64,000 bases of DNA from a virus (lineage: Duplodnaviria > Caudoviricetes): positions 46,448-110,447 of IMG/VR virus record IMGVR_UViG_2890725172_000001; one strand, written 5' to 3'. The translations under genes and the position numbers were made by a program. Positions 33,475 through 42,910 of this stretch are shown piece after piece; the first letter of the stretch is position 1, and the number at the start of each line of letters is the position of its first letter. The notes below the pieces were generated by a model. The model had not been told where the DNA came from, did not search any database, and was given only the letters and a program-made list of their open reading frames with translations.

Positions 33475-36087
33475 CTATACATCGATATGAGGAATTGTGA
33501 AGAACTCGGCTTCTTCGATGCCGATACCTGTCGGCCGCTGGTCTTCCAGGGCCTCTTTCAAAATATAGGCGCGGCGTAGCCGGTCGTTGTAATAGAAGAT
33601 GCCGCCGGTGGCGTCGGAGAAACCATTCCGGTAGCCGATGTCGGGGCCAGGTCCGTCCGGCCAGAAATACGGGTTGAGGTTGATACCAGATTCGACCAGC
33701 ATTCCCGCGACGTCGAACGATTCATCGGCGACCTGATCGGGTGCGACCGGCGTGAGAACAAGGACCGCAGTTCCTGTTTCCGGCGCCGCGAATTTCACGT
33801 GGATCCGGCGCCAGCCTTCGTCGAGGTCCTCGACCTGGACGGCGTCCGACCACGCGGATTCCTGCGAGATCGGGACTCCGGAGACGCTGGTGTAGGCGGC
33901 CAGGAGGATGTCGGTGATCGTGCCGGACGGCTTGAGATACATGCTGGCCGTGTACATGGTGCCGGGGATCAGCCAGTCCAGCGCTGTGCTGATCGTCAGC
34001 GTGTTCCCGGCCAGCACCTCGACATTGAGGCCGCCGGTCGTGTCACCGTCCAGCGGGCTGGTGATCGGTGTTCCGGCGTAGTCGGCCGCCGGGTCGGCCG
34101 CGACCGTGACGGCGTGTGGGTGGACGTTGAGCCGGTCGGGGTAGACCAGAGGGCGCAAAGACGCGCCGTTGCTGAACGCACTCGGCCCGGAAGGGCCGGA
34201 GATCTCCAGCTGCACATAAGTGAACTCCTGCCAGTCCCCGGCGGCGACGCCGGAGAACTGAATGCCCGGAATGGCGAACGCCGCCCTTCCCCATTGTTTG
34301 TTTCCCTGCGGCGCGGCGAACTCTCCGTACACGCGCGTCCATTCAGCGCCGGTCGCGCCAGAGTTGATGCCTCCGTTGCTGCCGGAGGTGATAGACCTCA
34401 GCGGGTCGGTCTCGGTCGTCGCGAAGATCGCGAAGTCGGCGAAGGACCCGGCGGGGATGAGCTGCACCACGTCCAGCGTGCCGGTGAAGCTCATTTCCCC
34501 ACGGGATGAGGTCTGACCGGCGATCGAGGATTCCAGCGTTCCGCCGAAACCGATGTCGCCCGACATTTCCATGTCTGGCGGGAGGCTCATCTCCAGGGTG
34601 CCAGTGAAGCCGACACCGCCGATGATGGTCTCGCTCATGATCGCGATGTCGGTCTCGACCGTGCCGGAGAAGCCGATGCCGCCGCTCATCTCGACCGGAA
34701 GCAGGGCGGCCAGCTCGATCGTGCCAGAGAAGGACGCTCCGGCCTCGGCCGAGACAGGACCGTAGGGCCAGACGTCCAGCGCTCCGCTGAAGGAGGTGTG
34801 GCCGGTGGAACTGGTCGAGCTCAGGAAGCTGATCAGGCTGCCGTTGAACCCGATCCCGCCGGAGGCGACCAGGTAGGTCTCCAGGCGGGTTTCCAGGGTG
34901 CCGGTGAATCCGGTCTGGCCGGTCGACTGCAACGGCGAGGTCGAGATGGTGAAGGCGCTGTTGGCCGCGCCGCGCCAGGTGTAGCCGGGAGTGGAGCCGT
35001 CGAGATAGTCAGTTTCAGTGGCGCTGGTGAGGCGGATGTAGTCGATCGTGGCCGACACCGCGTGGCTGGCGCTGGTGAATCCGGTCTGCGTGAGGATCTG
35101 AAGAGCGACACGGGCGTAGACGACATTGGCCGGGACGGTGACCGCGCCGCCGGAACGCCCTCCGGCCGTGGGCATGGTGATGGAAGACGAGCTGCCCAGA
35201 TTCACCATGTTGCCGTCGAACCAGGCGATCAGCAGCCGGATAGCGTCGCCGGTACCCAGCCCGGACACGCTGCTGACGGTCGCCGACAGGTAGGCCGTGC
35301 TGCCGGACATCTGGCCGACAAGCAACGTCTGGGACAGGCCGACGTCGCGGTAGGTGCTGCTGTTGGTCCGGGAGATGTTGCCCGACACACTGCGAGCGCC
35401 TGGTCCCGAGGTAACCGTCATGCCGCCGGAGGTCTGGCCGGAGGCCTCCCAGTAGGGCACCCATGCCGTTGTCAGGGAGCCGGTGGTGCGCGGCTGACGC
35501 CACCAGTTGGCGATGACGGAGTCGGACTCGTCTATCGTGGTGGACCGCAGTTCGGTGCCCGACCAGCCATAGCCGTAGGAGGTGCCGTCCAGCGCCGTAG
35601 TGGAGTTCTGCGTGCTGACGCGGATCCGGTCGATGGAGAAGGTCACCGACCGGCTGGACGCGGCGTTCATCGACGCGAAGACGAAGAACTTGATGAACGC
35701 GGTCCCGGCGGGAGGTGCCCCGGTCCTGGTCCGGCGTCCGCTGCTGCTCACGGAGATCGCGCCGTGGCTGCTGATGAGTTCGGCGTCGGCGTCAAAGAAG
35801 TTGATGCCCCACCAGTATTCGACGCCGCCGCTGGTGCTGCCGATGGTGTGGTCGAAGCTGATGTACAGCGGGACGCCGGTCGGGACGGGGATCAGGCCCG
35901 GACCGGGTTCGGGGCCACCGTTGAAACCGGCCGACTGGTAGCTGCCTGTGGACGTGAACGTCGCCGTACACGACAATGCCGAGCTGCCGTAGGTCAGGGA
36001 AGGGAACGGCGCGCTGTTGCGCTCGGTGCTCCAGACAGCGTCACCCAGGCCGGGCCGTGGGAACGGACAGAGGTTGTAGGTAGCCAT
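33475..36087 (-). CDS. minor tail protein with carbohydrate-binding-like modules
   Basis: Repeated beta-sandwich modules (W..F.D..G..S; YLDGS..GY.W.G..S) and central G.F.G.L repeats. Confidence 0.7.
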   Translation of the reverse strand: MATYNLCPFPRPGLGDAVWSTERNSAPFPSLTYGSSALSCTATFTSTGSYQSAGFNGGPEPGPGLIPVPTGVPLYISFDHTIGSTSGGVEYWWGINFFDADAELISSHGAISVSSSGRRTRTGAPPAGTAFIKFFVFASMNAASSRSVTFSIDRIRVSTQNSTTALDGTSYGYGWSGTELRSTTIDESDSVIANWWRQPRTTGSLTTAWVPYWEASGQTSGGMTVTSGPGARSVSGNISRTNSSTYRDVGLSQTLLVGQMSGSTAYLSATVSSVSGLGTGDAIRLLIAWFDGNMVNLGSSSSITMPTAGGRSGGAVTVPANVVYARVALQILTQTGFTSASHAVSATIDYIRLTSATETDYLDGSTPGYTWRGAANSAFTISTSPLQSTGQTGFTGTLETRLETYLVASGGIGFNGSLISFLSSTSSTGHTSFSGALDVWPYGPVSAEAGASFSGTIELAALLPVEMSGGIGFSGTVETDIAIMSETIIGGVGFTGTLEMSLPPDMEMSGDIGFGGTLESSIAGQTSSRGEMSFTGTLDVVQLIPAGSFADFAIFATTETDPLRSITSGSNGGINSGATGAEWTRVYGEFAAPQGNKQWGRAAFAIPGIQFSGVAAGDWQEFTYVQLEISGPSGPSAFSNGASLRPLVYPDRLNVHPHAVTVAADPAADYAGTPITSPLDGDTTGGLNVEVLAGNTLTISTALDWLIPGTMYTASMYLKPSGTITDILLAAYTSVSGVPISQESAWSDAVQVEDLDEGWRRIHVKFAAPETGTAVLVLTPVAPDQVADESFDVAGMLVESGINLNPYFWPDGPGPDIGYRNGFSDATGGIFYYNDRLRRAYILKEALEDQRPTGIGIEEAEFFTIPHIDV

Positions 36088-36090
36088 GTG

Positions 36091-38082
36091 TTATGCCTCC
36101 ACGGCGAGGCCGAAATTAGTCGCCGAGCTGTTGAAAGAGCTGGTTGCGGTTCCGACCTGCGTGCCGTTGCGCAGGATCGTGTAGTTGTTACCGGTCACGG
36201 TCACGGTCAGCCGGTCGCCGTCGCCGATAGGTGTGCCATAGGTGACCAGGTCGGTGACGGTCGCGCCGGAGACGGTCTGGAGCTTGGTACGGGTCGCCCG
36301 GACGTAGCTGGTCGAGGACGACTGCCGCAGGATGATCGCCTGCTGCTTGCCGCCGTCCGGGACGGCCACGAACGTGCTGGCGACGGTGGCGTTGGCGGAG
36401 CCGTAGTTGATCACGCTCATGGAGCGGGTGTCGCCTGCGTTGGGCTTGACCACGCCGTACTGGTAGGAGTCGCGGACCAGGGAGCCGACCGGTGAGCTCC
36501 AGGTCTTGGCGCCGTATTCGGTGGTGCGGCTGGTGATCGCGGAGGTCGCCGAGCCGGAGTAGGTGGTGAAGGTGTCCAGGACGCGGGTGTCTGTGGGGTT
36601 GCCGAATTCGCGTCCGATCAAAACACCGCGATCGTCGTACCAGTCGATGAACACCGTGGCGGCGTCGACCGGCTTACCGCTGTTGGTGTGCGGCTGGTGG
36701 GTGTAGGCCGACAGGGTGACCTTGATCCGGTTGTCGGTGCCGACGACCTGCCAGCGGTCGCTGTTGTCCCGGGGGTTGACGCCGAGTTTGGATGGCCGGA
36801 TCGCGTGGTAGCACCTGCCCTGGAAGGACACCAGGTCACCGGCGTCGTAGCGCCGGGTAGGACTCCAGTCGTACAGGACCGGCAGCGGGACACCATTCTG
36901 AATCGCCGCCAGGGGGTCGGTGGTCGCGACCGCCGGGTTGGTCGGCACGCAGCGCGCCGCGACGGTGATCGCGCTGGAGTGGTTGTTGTGCAGGATGACG
37001 CCGTTGGTGCTGTGCAGCGAGTCCAGCGGGCGCGGCGCACCCAAGATCATCTTGGTGAGGACCTTGTCGTTACCGACGCCGCCGGTCAGGGACAGCGGAT
37101 GCCAGGTGTGCTGCGCCTGGGCGGCCGAGTCCCACGCCACGGTGCGGTCGTCGACCGCGAGCAGCGCCTGCCACCAGGTGTTGGAGACGCGCTCACCTTC
37201 GGGACACTGCTCATAACCCAGTGCGGCGGTGACGCAGACGTAGGCCGCGTCGAAGAACGTGACGCGGCTGCCGACCGGGTAGTAGACCGCCGGGTCCCAC
37301 TCCAGCGGCTTGGGATTGATCATCGCCGCGCGGTCGGTGCTCAGCATCCGGTTGCGTGTCGGACGGAGCACGACGTCCCAGCCGGAGATGATTCGACCGG
37401 CCGCCTGCGCGGTCTCCGTCGCCCCTCGCTCGGCCAGCAGCGGCGTCGCGTTGGCGGTCAAGCTGCGCTGGCGGATGCCGGGCAGGCCGCCGTAGCGGGG
37501 GAGGCCGAGCTGGTCGGCGATCAGCTCCACGATGCCGATGTGGCTGTAGTAGACGTCGGCCCGGTAGGTGGCGGCCTCGGTCGCGGTACGGATCCGGTCC
37601 ACACCCCAGCCGATGACGGCCATATACCTGGCCAGGTCATAGTTGTAGTCAGCCTCAAGCGTCAGCTGGTTGCTGCGCAGCATCTGGTAGTGGATCGGCA
37701 GACGGTCCCACAGCCAGCGGTCGCTGTGCTTGTTGCGGATGTGCAGTGCGCTGCATGTCGAGGCCAGCAGCCAGACGCCGTTGATCCGCAGGAAGATGCT
37801 GTAGTAGACGAACCTGGCCGCGCCCAGATCGGTGTCGTCGTATCCGGTGTCGGCCACGTCGGAGTCGATCAGGATCTGACCGTCGTTCTCGTTGGCCGGG
37901 AATCCGAAGATGCCCTTGACCAGACGGAACCTGTCGAACTCCCCGGTCGGGGAGTTCCACGTGACGTGCATCGTCTGGTAGTCGACCGAGTACGCCTTGA
38001 ACGACGTGACATCAAATGTCGGCAGATCCGGCTCAGGGCCGTAGAACCGTTCACCATATCGGTGGACTACATAGATGGCCAT
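36091..38082 (-). CDS. baseplate wedge/tail protein with FN3-like and CBM-like repeats
   Basis: LWDRLP.HY..DLARY wedge motif; WDPAVYYPVGSRV and WSPTRRYDAGDLV CBM5/12-like repeats. Confidence 0.7.
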   Translation of the reverse strand: MAIYVVHRYGERFYGPEPDLPTFDVTSFKAYSVDYQTMHVTWNSPTGEFDRFRLVKGIFGFPANENDGQILIDSDVADTGYDDTDLGAARFVYYSIFLRINGVWLLASTCSALHIRNKHSDRWLWDRLPIHYQMLRSNQLTLEADYNYDLARYMAVIGWGVDRIRTATEAATYRADVYYSHIGIVELIADQLGLPRYGGLPGIRQRSLTANATPLLAERGATETAQAAGRIISGWDVVLRPTRNRMLSTDRAAMINPKPLEWDPAVYYPVGSRVTFFDAAYVCVTAALGYEQCPEGERVSNTWWQALLAVDDRTVAWDSAAQAQHTWHPLSLTGGVGNDKVLTKMILGAPRPLDSLHSTNGVILHNNHSSAITVAARCVPTNPAVATTDPLAAIQNGVPLPVLYDWSPTRRYDAGDLVSFQGRCYHAIRPSKLGVNPRDNSDRWQVVGTDNRIKVTLSAYTHQPHTNSGKPVDAATVFIDWYDDRGVLIGREFGNPTDTRVLDTFTTYSGSATSAITSRTTEYGAKTWSSPVGSLVRDSYQYGVVKPNAGDTRSMSVINYGSANATVASTFVAVPDGGKQQAIILRQSSSTSYVRATRTKLQTVSGATVTDLVTYGTPIGDGDRLTVTVTGNNYTILRNGTQVGTATSSFNSSATNFGLAVEA

Positions 38083-39086
38083 TCGAATCCTGTAATTACG
38101 CTGCGAGCATCGTCTTGCCAGTCGCGCTCTTCATGGTCGGGACGCAACTGCATCCACAGCTCCTGCCGGAATTCGGCGGCCTCATCAAAGGTCTCAAATT
38201 CCGGATAAGGGTTGTCGGTGAAGAACCGGCTGGTGTTGTCGATGATGCAAATGTCGAGAGGGGAAAACGCCTGCCTGCCGGTCCGCGTCAGATAGCCGAC
38301 GATGCCTCCCCGGGGCAGGCAGTAGGGCTTGTACCGGCGGCGCGGGTTCGGCCGTGGCTCCGGATCTGGGCAGCTGGTCCCGGGCCCTCCCGGATCGTCA
38401 TCCGGGATTTGCTCAAAAGGGACCGAACCACCTTCCCCCGTGTATGGCGCACTGCGGACCCAGTGGGCTCGCAGATAGGCGTGCAGCGCCAGCTGACGGC
38501 TGGCCCCGGTCATGTTGGTGCGGACACCGATGGAGATCGTGGTTCCGGACGGATAGGTGTCCGACCAGGTGATGTGGTTGTGCAACGTCGCCCGGTTGGC
38601 GGTCGATTCCACGACCGAGTCGCGGACGCCGATGTCGTTTCCGTTGATCTCCAGCCGGAGCATGCGTGTCGCTTCCCGGCTGGTGGTCTCGGTGTAGGCA
38701 GCCCAGTCAGCCTTGATGCTGAAAGACCAGTAGCCGCTTTCGTTCAAGGTGAGTCCCGAGCCGGTATACATACCGAACGGATCGTCGTCGGCGCGCAGGC
38801 TCGGCCGGAACCAGCCGTTCGGGGTGATCTTGTACTCGCGGATTGAGCCGCGAAAATACGGGACATGTTCACCGCGCGCCACGCTCTGAATACGGGCGGC
38901 CACGGTACCGTGATCAGGAGTGCGATTCCCCGGGTTGTTCGTCGCCCGCTGAGGAATGACTCCAAGCGTCCGCTGAGTGCCTTCGATTTCCTCCTGGACG
39001 CGATTCATGTGATCGGCCCAGACAATGTCGAGATAATTGCGCTTGGTGGACCATGTAGGAATCGCGGCGGGATAAGACGCGACCAT
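38067..39086 (-). CDS. minor tail/fibre protein (paralog A)
   Basis: ASYP..WSTK.N..D..WA.H.N..QEEI..TQRTLG. Confidence 0.65.
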   Translation of the reverse strand: MVASYPAAIPTWSTKRNYLDIVWADHMNRVQEEIEGTQRTLGVIPQRATNNPGNRTPDHGTVAARIQSVARGEHVPYFRGSIREYKITPNGWFRPSLRADDDPFGMYTGSGLTLNESGYWSFSIKADWAAYTETTSREATRMLRLEINGNDIGVRDSVVESTANRATLHNHITWSDTYPSGTTISIGVRTNMTGASRQLALHAYLRAHWVRSAPYTGEGGSVPFEQIPDDDPGGPGTSCPDPEPRPNPRRRYKPYCLPRGGIVGYLTRTGRQAFSPLDICIIDNTSRFFTDNPYPEFETFDEAAEFRQELWMQLRPDHEERDWQDDARSVITGFEWPSM

Positions 39087-39097
39087 TAACTATATAC

Positions 39098-39988
39098 CTA
39101 TCGATTCCAGGGCCAAGCACTCGGATCAACGTCAGACGGCCAGTTGTACGGGTTGTGGTTGGTGCTGGTGACGTGACCGCCTTCGTCATAGGTGACGATG
39201 CCCAGGCCGACGCCGTCACCTGAGGAGACGGGCCTGCTGGGTGGACGGTCCGGTGGTCGTGGTTCCGGCCGTGGGCCGGGAGGAGGCTCTTCCGGCGGCG
39301 GCGGCTCGGGCTCGAATTCCGGTGTGGGAATACCAGGCCCGCCACGGTCCAGGCAGCGCACCAGGTGGGCCCGCAAGTAGACGTGGGCGACCGCGTCCGG
39401 CGCCGGGGTGTTGGGGTTGACGACGGTCAGCGCGACCGAGATGGTCGTCCCCTTCTCCAGCGTCTCTTGCCAGGTGACCATCGTGGTCATGTCGTCGATG
39501 ATGTCGACGCTCTGGGTGATGACGTCGCGGATACCGCAGTCCTCACCGTCGATCTCCAGGGAGATCATCCGGATGATCGGCTTGTCGGTCACCGACTCGA
39601 CCGGCAGCCAGTCGGCCTTGGCGGTGAAGACCCAGAAGCCGGTCTGAGGGATCCGGTAGCCCGTGGTGATCGCACCGTTGTGGGTGTCTTCGCTGGCGGT
39701 CAGCGTCGGCCGGAAGTACTCATTGGCCTCGATCTGTGCGACCTCGTGGATGCCCCGGTAGGCGATCATCGGCTGCGCGCGGGCCATCTGGCTGATGCGG
39801 TTGGCGACCGTGGTGTAGTTCGGCGTGCGCTCGGCGGGATCGTTGGTGGCGATCTGAGGACGGATCCCAATCGTCCGCTGGGTGGCCGAGATTTCGTCCT
39901 GGCTCTGGTTGAAGTGCAGAGCGAAGATCGGGTCGATCCAGTCCCTCTTGGTCGCCCAGGGACGCAGGGAATTGGGGTAGGAGGCCAT
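39098..39988 (-). CDS. minor tail/fibre protein (paralog B)
   Basis: ASYP..WATK.D..D..FA.H.N..QDEI..TQRTIG. Confidence 0.65.
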   Translation of the reverse strand: MASYPNSLRPWATKRDWIDPIFALHFNQSQDEISATQRTIGIRPQIATNDPAERTPNYTTVANRISQMARAQPMIAYRGIHEVAQIEANEYFRPTLTASEDTHNGAITTGYRIPQTGFWVFTAKADWLPVESVTDKPIIRMISLEIDGEDCGIRDVITQSVDIIDDMTTMVTWQETLEKGTTISVALTVVNPNTPAPDAVAHVYLRAHLVRCLDRGGPGIPTPEFEPEPPPPEEPPPGPRPEPRPPDRPPSRPVSSGDGVGLGIVTYDEGGHVTSTNHNPYNWPSDVDPSAWPWNR

Positions 39989-41454
39989 CAGGTCACTCCG
40001 CCGACCGTCTCGATCGTCGCCGTCCCCATCACCGGGATCTCCCAGGGCTGGAGAACGATGTCGGCCACACCGGTCTGCGGGGAGTCGGCGCGGGCCATCA
40101 CCGGGATCGTCACGTTGACCACGCCGGGGATCGCGGCCAGCGCGCCGTACACCTCGCCCACCGAGATCCGGGACCCGAAGGCGTTGTCCGCACTGGCGAC
40201 GATCGTGTTGAGCTGGGTGCGAACCAACGTCTCCACGACGCTGCGCCGGTAGGTCGGCGCGACGGTCAGCCGCATCGGCGTGGACACCGACCCGAAGTTG
40301 ACGCTGATGATCGTCGGCCCGGACACCGTCACCCGGGTCCCGGCGGCCGAGGCCGAGGCCAGCTGGTCGATGACCGACACCACCAGCTCATCAGCCGGGA
40401 CGGTTCGGCCGGGACCGGCGATGTAGACGATCACCGAGCTGGCCACCGACGAGATGGCGTTCGCCGCGACGACACCGGGAACGGTCAACGCGATCTTGGC
40501 GAAGTCCGCCGTGGTGACCGCACGCCCGTACGCGCTGTAGGCCAGCGCCGCGTTACGCCGGATCTCCTCGATACTCTCCCTGTCGGCGCCGCCGTCCAAC
40601 GCGGTCACCATCGGCTTGCCCGCCGAGTCGACCTGAATGGTCACGCCACTGACGGGCGAGGAGATGACCGGCAGCGAACCGGCCGGAAGATTACCCGCGC
40701 CGCCCAGGCCGACGCGATAGGTCGCATAGATCTTGGCACCCAGCGGCGGGACGGCGCCGGTGACGCCGTCACCAAAACTGATGATCGTCGCGCCGGAGGC
40801 GTCCGGACGGGAGGTGAAGACCAGGTCGCTTCCGGAGGCGTAGGTCAGCCGGGGAATCCACAGCCACTCCAGGTCGGCGTGTTCGTCCTGCACGTAGATG
40901 CGGACCGACCCATGGAGGATGCGCTGCTGGGGGATGACGATGCGCTGCGCCTGCTGGCCGGTGCTCATGCCGATTTCGGCCTTGACCACGGTCCGGCCCT
41001 CGACGATGTCGACGTCCAGCTCCGCGCCGTCAGCGGGGACGGTCACCGTCTCGACCGTCTCGTAGTAGATCGGCTGGTCAATGGCGTCGATGTAGTCGGA
41101 CACGAACACGGTCCCGGCCGGAATCTCGACCTCGGGACCGCCAGGATCGGACACCAGCGTGATCTGTCCTTGCGCTGGCACCGGGCCGTGCGGGATGTAG
41201 CCCAACATCTCGGCGAGCAACAACACATTGGTCAATGTCGAGGCGGTCGGCAGGAACGATTCCCGCAGCAACCGGTCGATTCCATAGTTGTTGAGGTCGG
41301 CCGTGTGGGCGAACAGCTCGGCCATGACGACGCCGAAATCGGCCTCTGACCGGGAGGTCCATTCCGGAATCAGCCGTTCAGCACGCCGGAGGACGTCCGC
41401 CCGGATATCGGCGTAGTCGGCCGCCGTATAGTCGACCGGAATAAGATCAGCCAC
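39988..41454 (-). CDS. baseplate J/gp47-family protein
   Basis: DYTA.DY..IPEWTSRSEADFGV, FGDGVTGAVP, GGADRES.EEIR, RAVT.ADF. Confidence 0.9.
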   Translation of the reverse strand: MADLIPVDYTAADYADIRADVLRRAERLIPEWTSRSEADFGVVMAELFAHTADLNNYGIDRLLRESFLPTASTLTNVLLLAEMLGYIPHGPVPAQGQITLVSDPGGPEVEIPAGTVFVSDYIDAIDQPIYYETVETVTVPADGAELDVDIVEGRTVVKAEIGMSTGQQAQRIVIPQQRILHGSVRIYVQDEHADLEWLWIPRLTYASGSDLVFTSRPDASGATIISFGDGVTGAVPPLGAKIYATYRVGLGGAGNLPAGSLPVISSPVSGVTIQVDSAGKPMVTALDGGADRESIEEIRRNAALAYSAYGRAVTTADFAKIALTVPGVVAANAISSVASSVIVYIAGPGRTVPADELVVSVIDQLASASAAGTRVTVSGPTIISVNFGSVSTPMRLTVAPTYRRSVVETLVRTQLNTIVASADNAFGSRISVGEVYGALAAIPGVVNVTIPVMARADSPQTGVADIVLQPWEIPVMGTATIETVGGVT

Positions 41455-41872
41455 GAATTACCTCGCGCTCGATACCACGCGGGCCGAACGAGGCGACATG
41501 CACATAACGCGCACGTGACGTCGGGGCGGACGGGTCGTCCGTACGCTCATACTTGACGTCGACGATCGCCGTCTTACCGGTGTCGTCATGTTCGGGAACA
41601 ACCGCGATCACATTCAATCCGGGTTCCCACATCGCCGTCTGCTCCTCGGTCAGGCCACGAAGCTCAACGGCGACTAAGGTCGCATCCGGTTCGAAAACAT
41701 ACGACGCGGCGGGGACGCCGAATTGCGGCAGCATCACACGCTCGGTCGGCTCCGTGCCGACAATGCTGGTCAGACGCTGAATGATCTGACGATGCACCTG
41801 ACGTGTCGCGGCGACGCCCCCGTCCGCGCCGAATCGGAAAGGCAGATCGATCGCGATGGGAGTGGCCGTCAC
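41447..41872 (-). CDS. GPW/gp25 baseplate wedge subunit
   Basis: T.PTERVMLPQFG, WEP. Confidence 0.88.
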   Translation of the reverse strand: MTATPIAIDLPFRFGADGGVAATRQVHRQIIQRLTSIVGTEPTERVMLPQFGVPAASYVFEPDATLVAVELRGLTEEQTAMWEPGLNVIAVVPEHDDTGKTAIVDVKYERTDDPSAPTSRARYVHVASFGPRGIEREVIRG

Positions 41873-42147
41873 AGTTCCCGCGCCTTCTTGCCCCGGGCCA
41901 GCTCATCGGCAATGGCTTGCCCAAAGGCGGCGGGGTCGACGTTCCCAAAATGAATCGTCGCCGCATTCTCGGGAGGACTGGCTAGAATCAGCTCATTCTC
42001 CAGCTCGCGGATACGTTCATGGGCAGCACGAAGTCGCGCTTCCGAGATAACCAGCTGATCTTGCGCAGCCGTTCGGAAGTCACGATTGGCTTCCACCAGC
42101 CTCCGCAAATGCTGGATTTCCTCAAGTGTCACGAAACACCAAGCCAA
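41869..42147 (-). CDS. small coiled-coil protein
   Basis: GTGA-coupled ORF. Confidence 0.5.
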   Translation of the reverse strand: MAWCFVTLEEIQHLRRLVEANRDFRTAAQDQLVISEARLRAAHERIRELENELILASPPENAATIHFGNVDPAAFGQAIADELARGKKAREL

Positions 42148-42190
42148 ATTGCCGACAATAATTAATTCAAGTGTATTGTCGGGCGCCTAG

Positions 42191-42910
42191 TTATTCTGTG
42201 TTCGTGCTCTTCGGCCCGTAAAGTCTATTCTCCAGCAGCTCAACGCGGATCGAGAGGTCGTGAACGGCCTCCCACAGAACGCTGACAAGGGCTTGAGGAT
42301 CCAGATTGTCGCCCGATCGGAATTCCTCGGGAAGCTGTTCGAGCAGTGGTCCCATATGGTCCCGCTGATCAGCGGAATACTCGGGAACGTATTTCCAGAC
42401 CTTCACCGGCGCGTTCTTGATGACTTGGAACGGATCGAAGTCGTGATCGCGGATATCGTGCTTCAGACTCACCGAAGAGGCGATTTCATGAACGGTCGCC
42501 ACGCACGGAACATAGCCGGAGGCATCCTTGCCCATGCAATGGACCTTGCCGCCGGACATGACCACGCTGCTGGTGTTTCCGCTCATGTACGCTGTGTCGT
42601 TCTCGGCCCGGACGGTCACCGGCCCGACCGGATGGGTGAGGTCGACGAAATCCGTGGCGTTGCGCAGGTGGGCGCGCTTTTTGTCCCACGGGACGTGGTA
42701 GACCATGTGCCGGGTGTCGCCGTCCAGGCAGCGGACCCAGACGCGGTCCCCGACCTTGAAGACCGACACGGCCAGGGAGTCGGGCTCGACCCAGTCGGTG
42801 ACCTCTTCGCCCATCATCCTCGGGATGCGGATCTTGAGCCGGTCACGCTGCTCGGGGTCGTTGGTCGACATGACGATGCCCCAGTGGGAGCCTTCGCGTA
42901 GTTTCGTCAT
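42191..42910 (-). CDS. baseplate spike (gp5/gpV OB-fold) with C-terminal S74-like chaperone domain
   Basis: G.V..TNDPEQ.DRLKI.IP....W..P, VGDRVWV..DGD; SS.SLKHDI...W.Y...H.G...L..A..EL..RVE.LE. Confidence 0.8.
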   Translation of the reverse strand: MTKLREGSHWGIVMSTNDPEQRDRLKIRIPRMMGEEVTDWVEPDSLAVSVFKVGDRVWVRCLDGDTRHMVYHVPWDKKRAHLRNATDFVDLTHPVGPVTVRAENDTAYMSGNTSSVVMSGGKVHCMGKDASGYVPCVATVHEIASSVSLKHDIRDHDFDPFQVIKNAPVKVWKYVPEYSADQRDHMGPLLEQLPEEFRSGDNLDPQALVSVLWEAVHDLSIRVELLENRLYGPKSTNTE

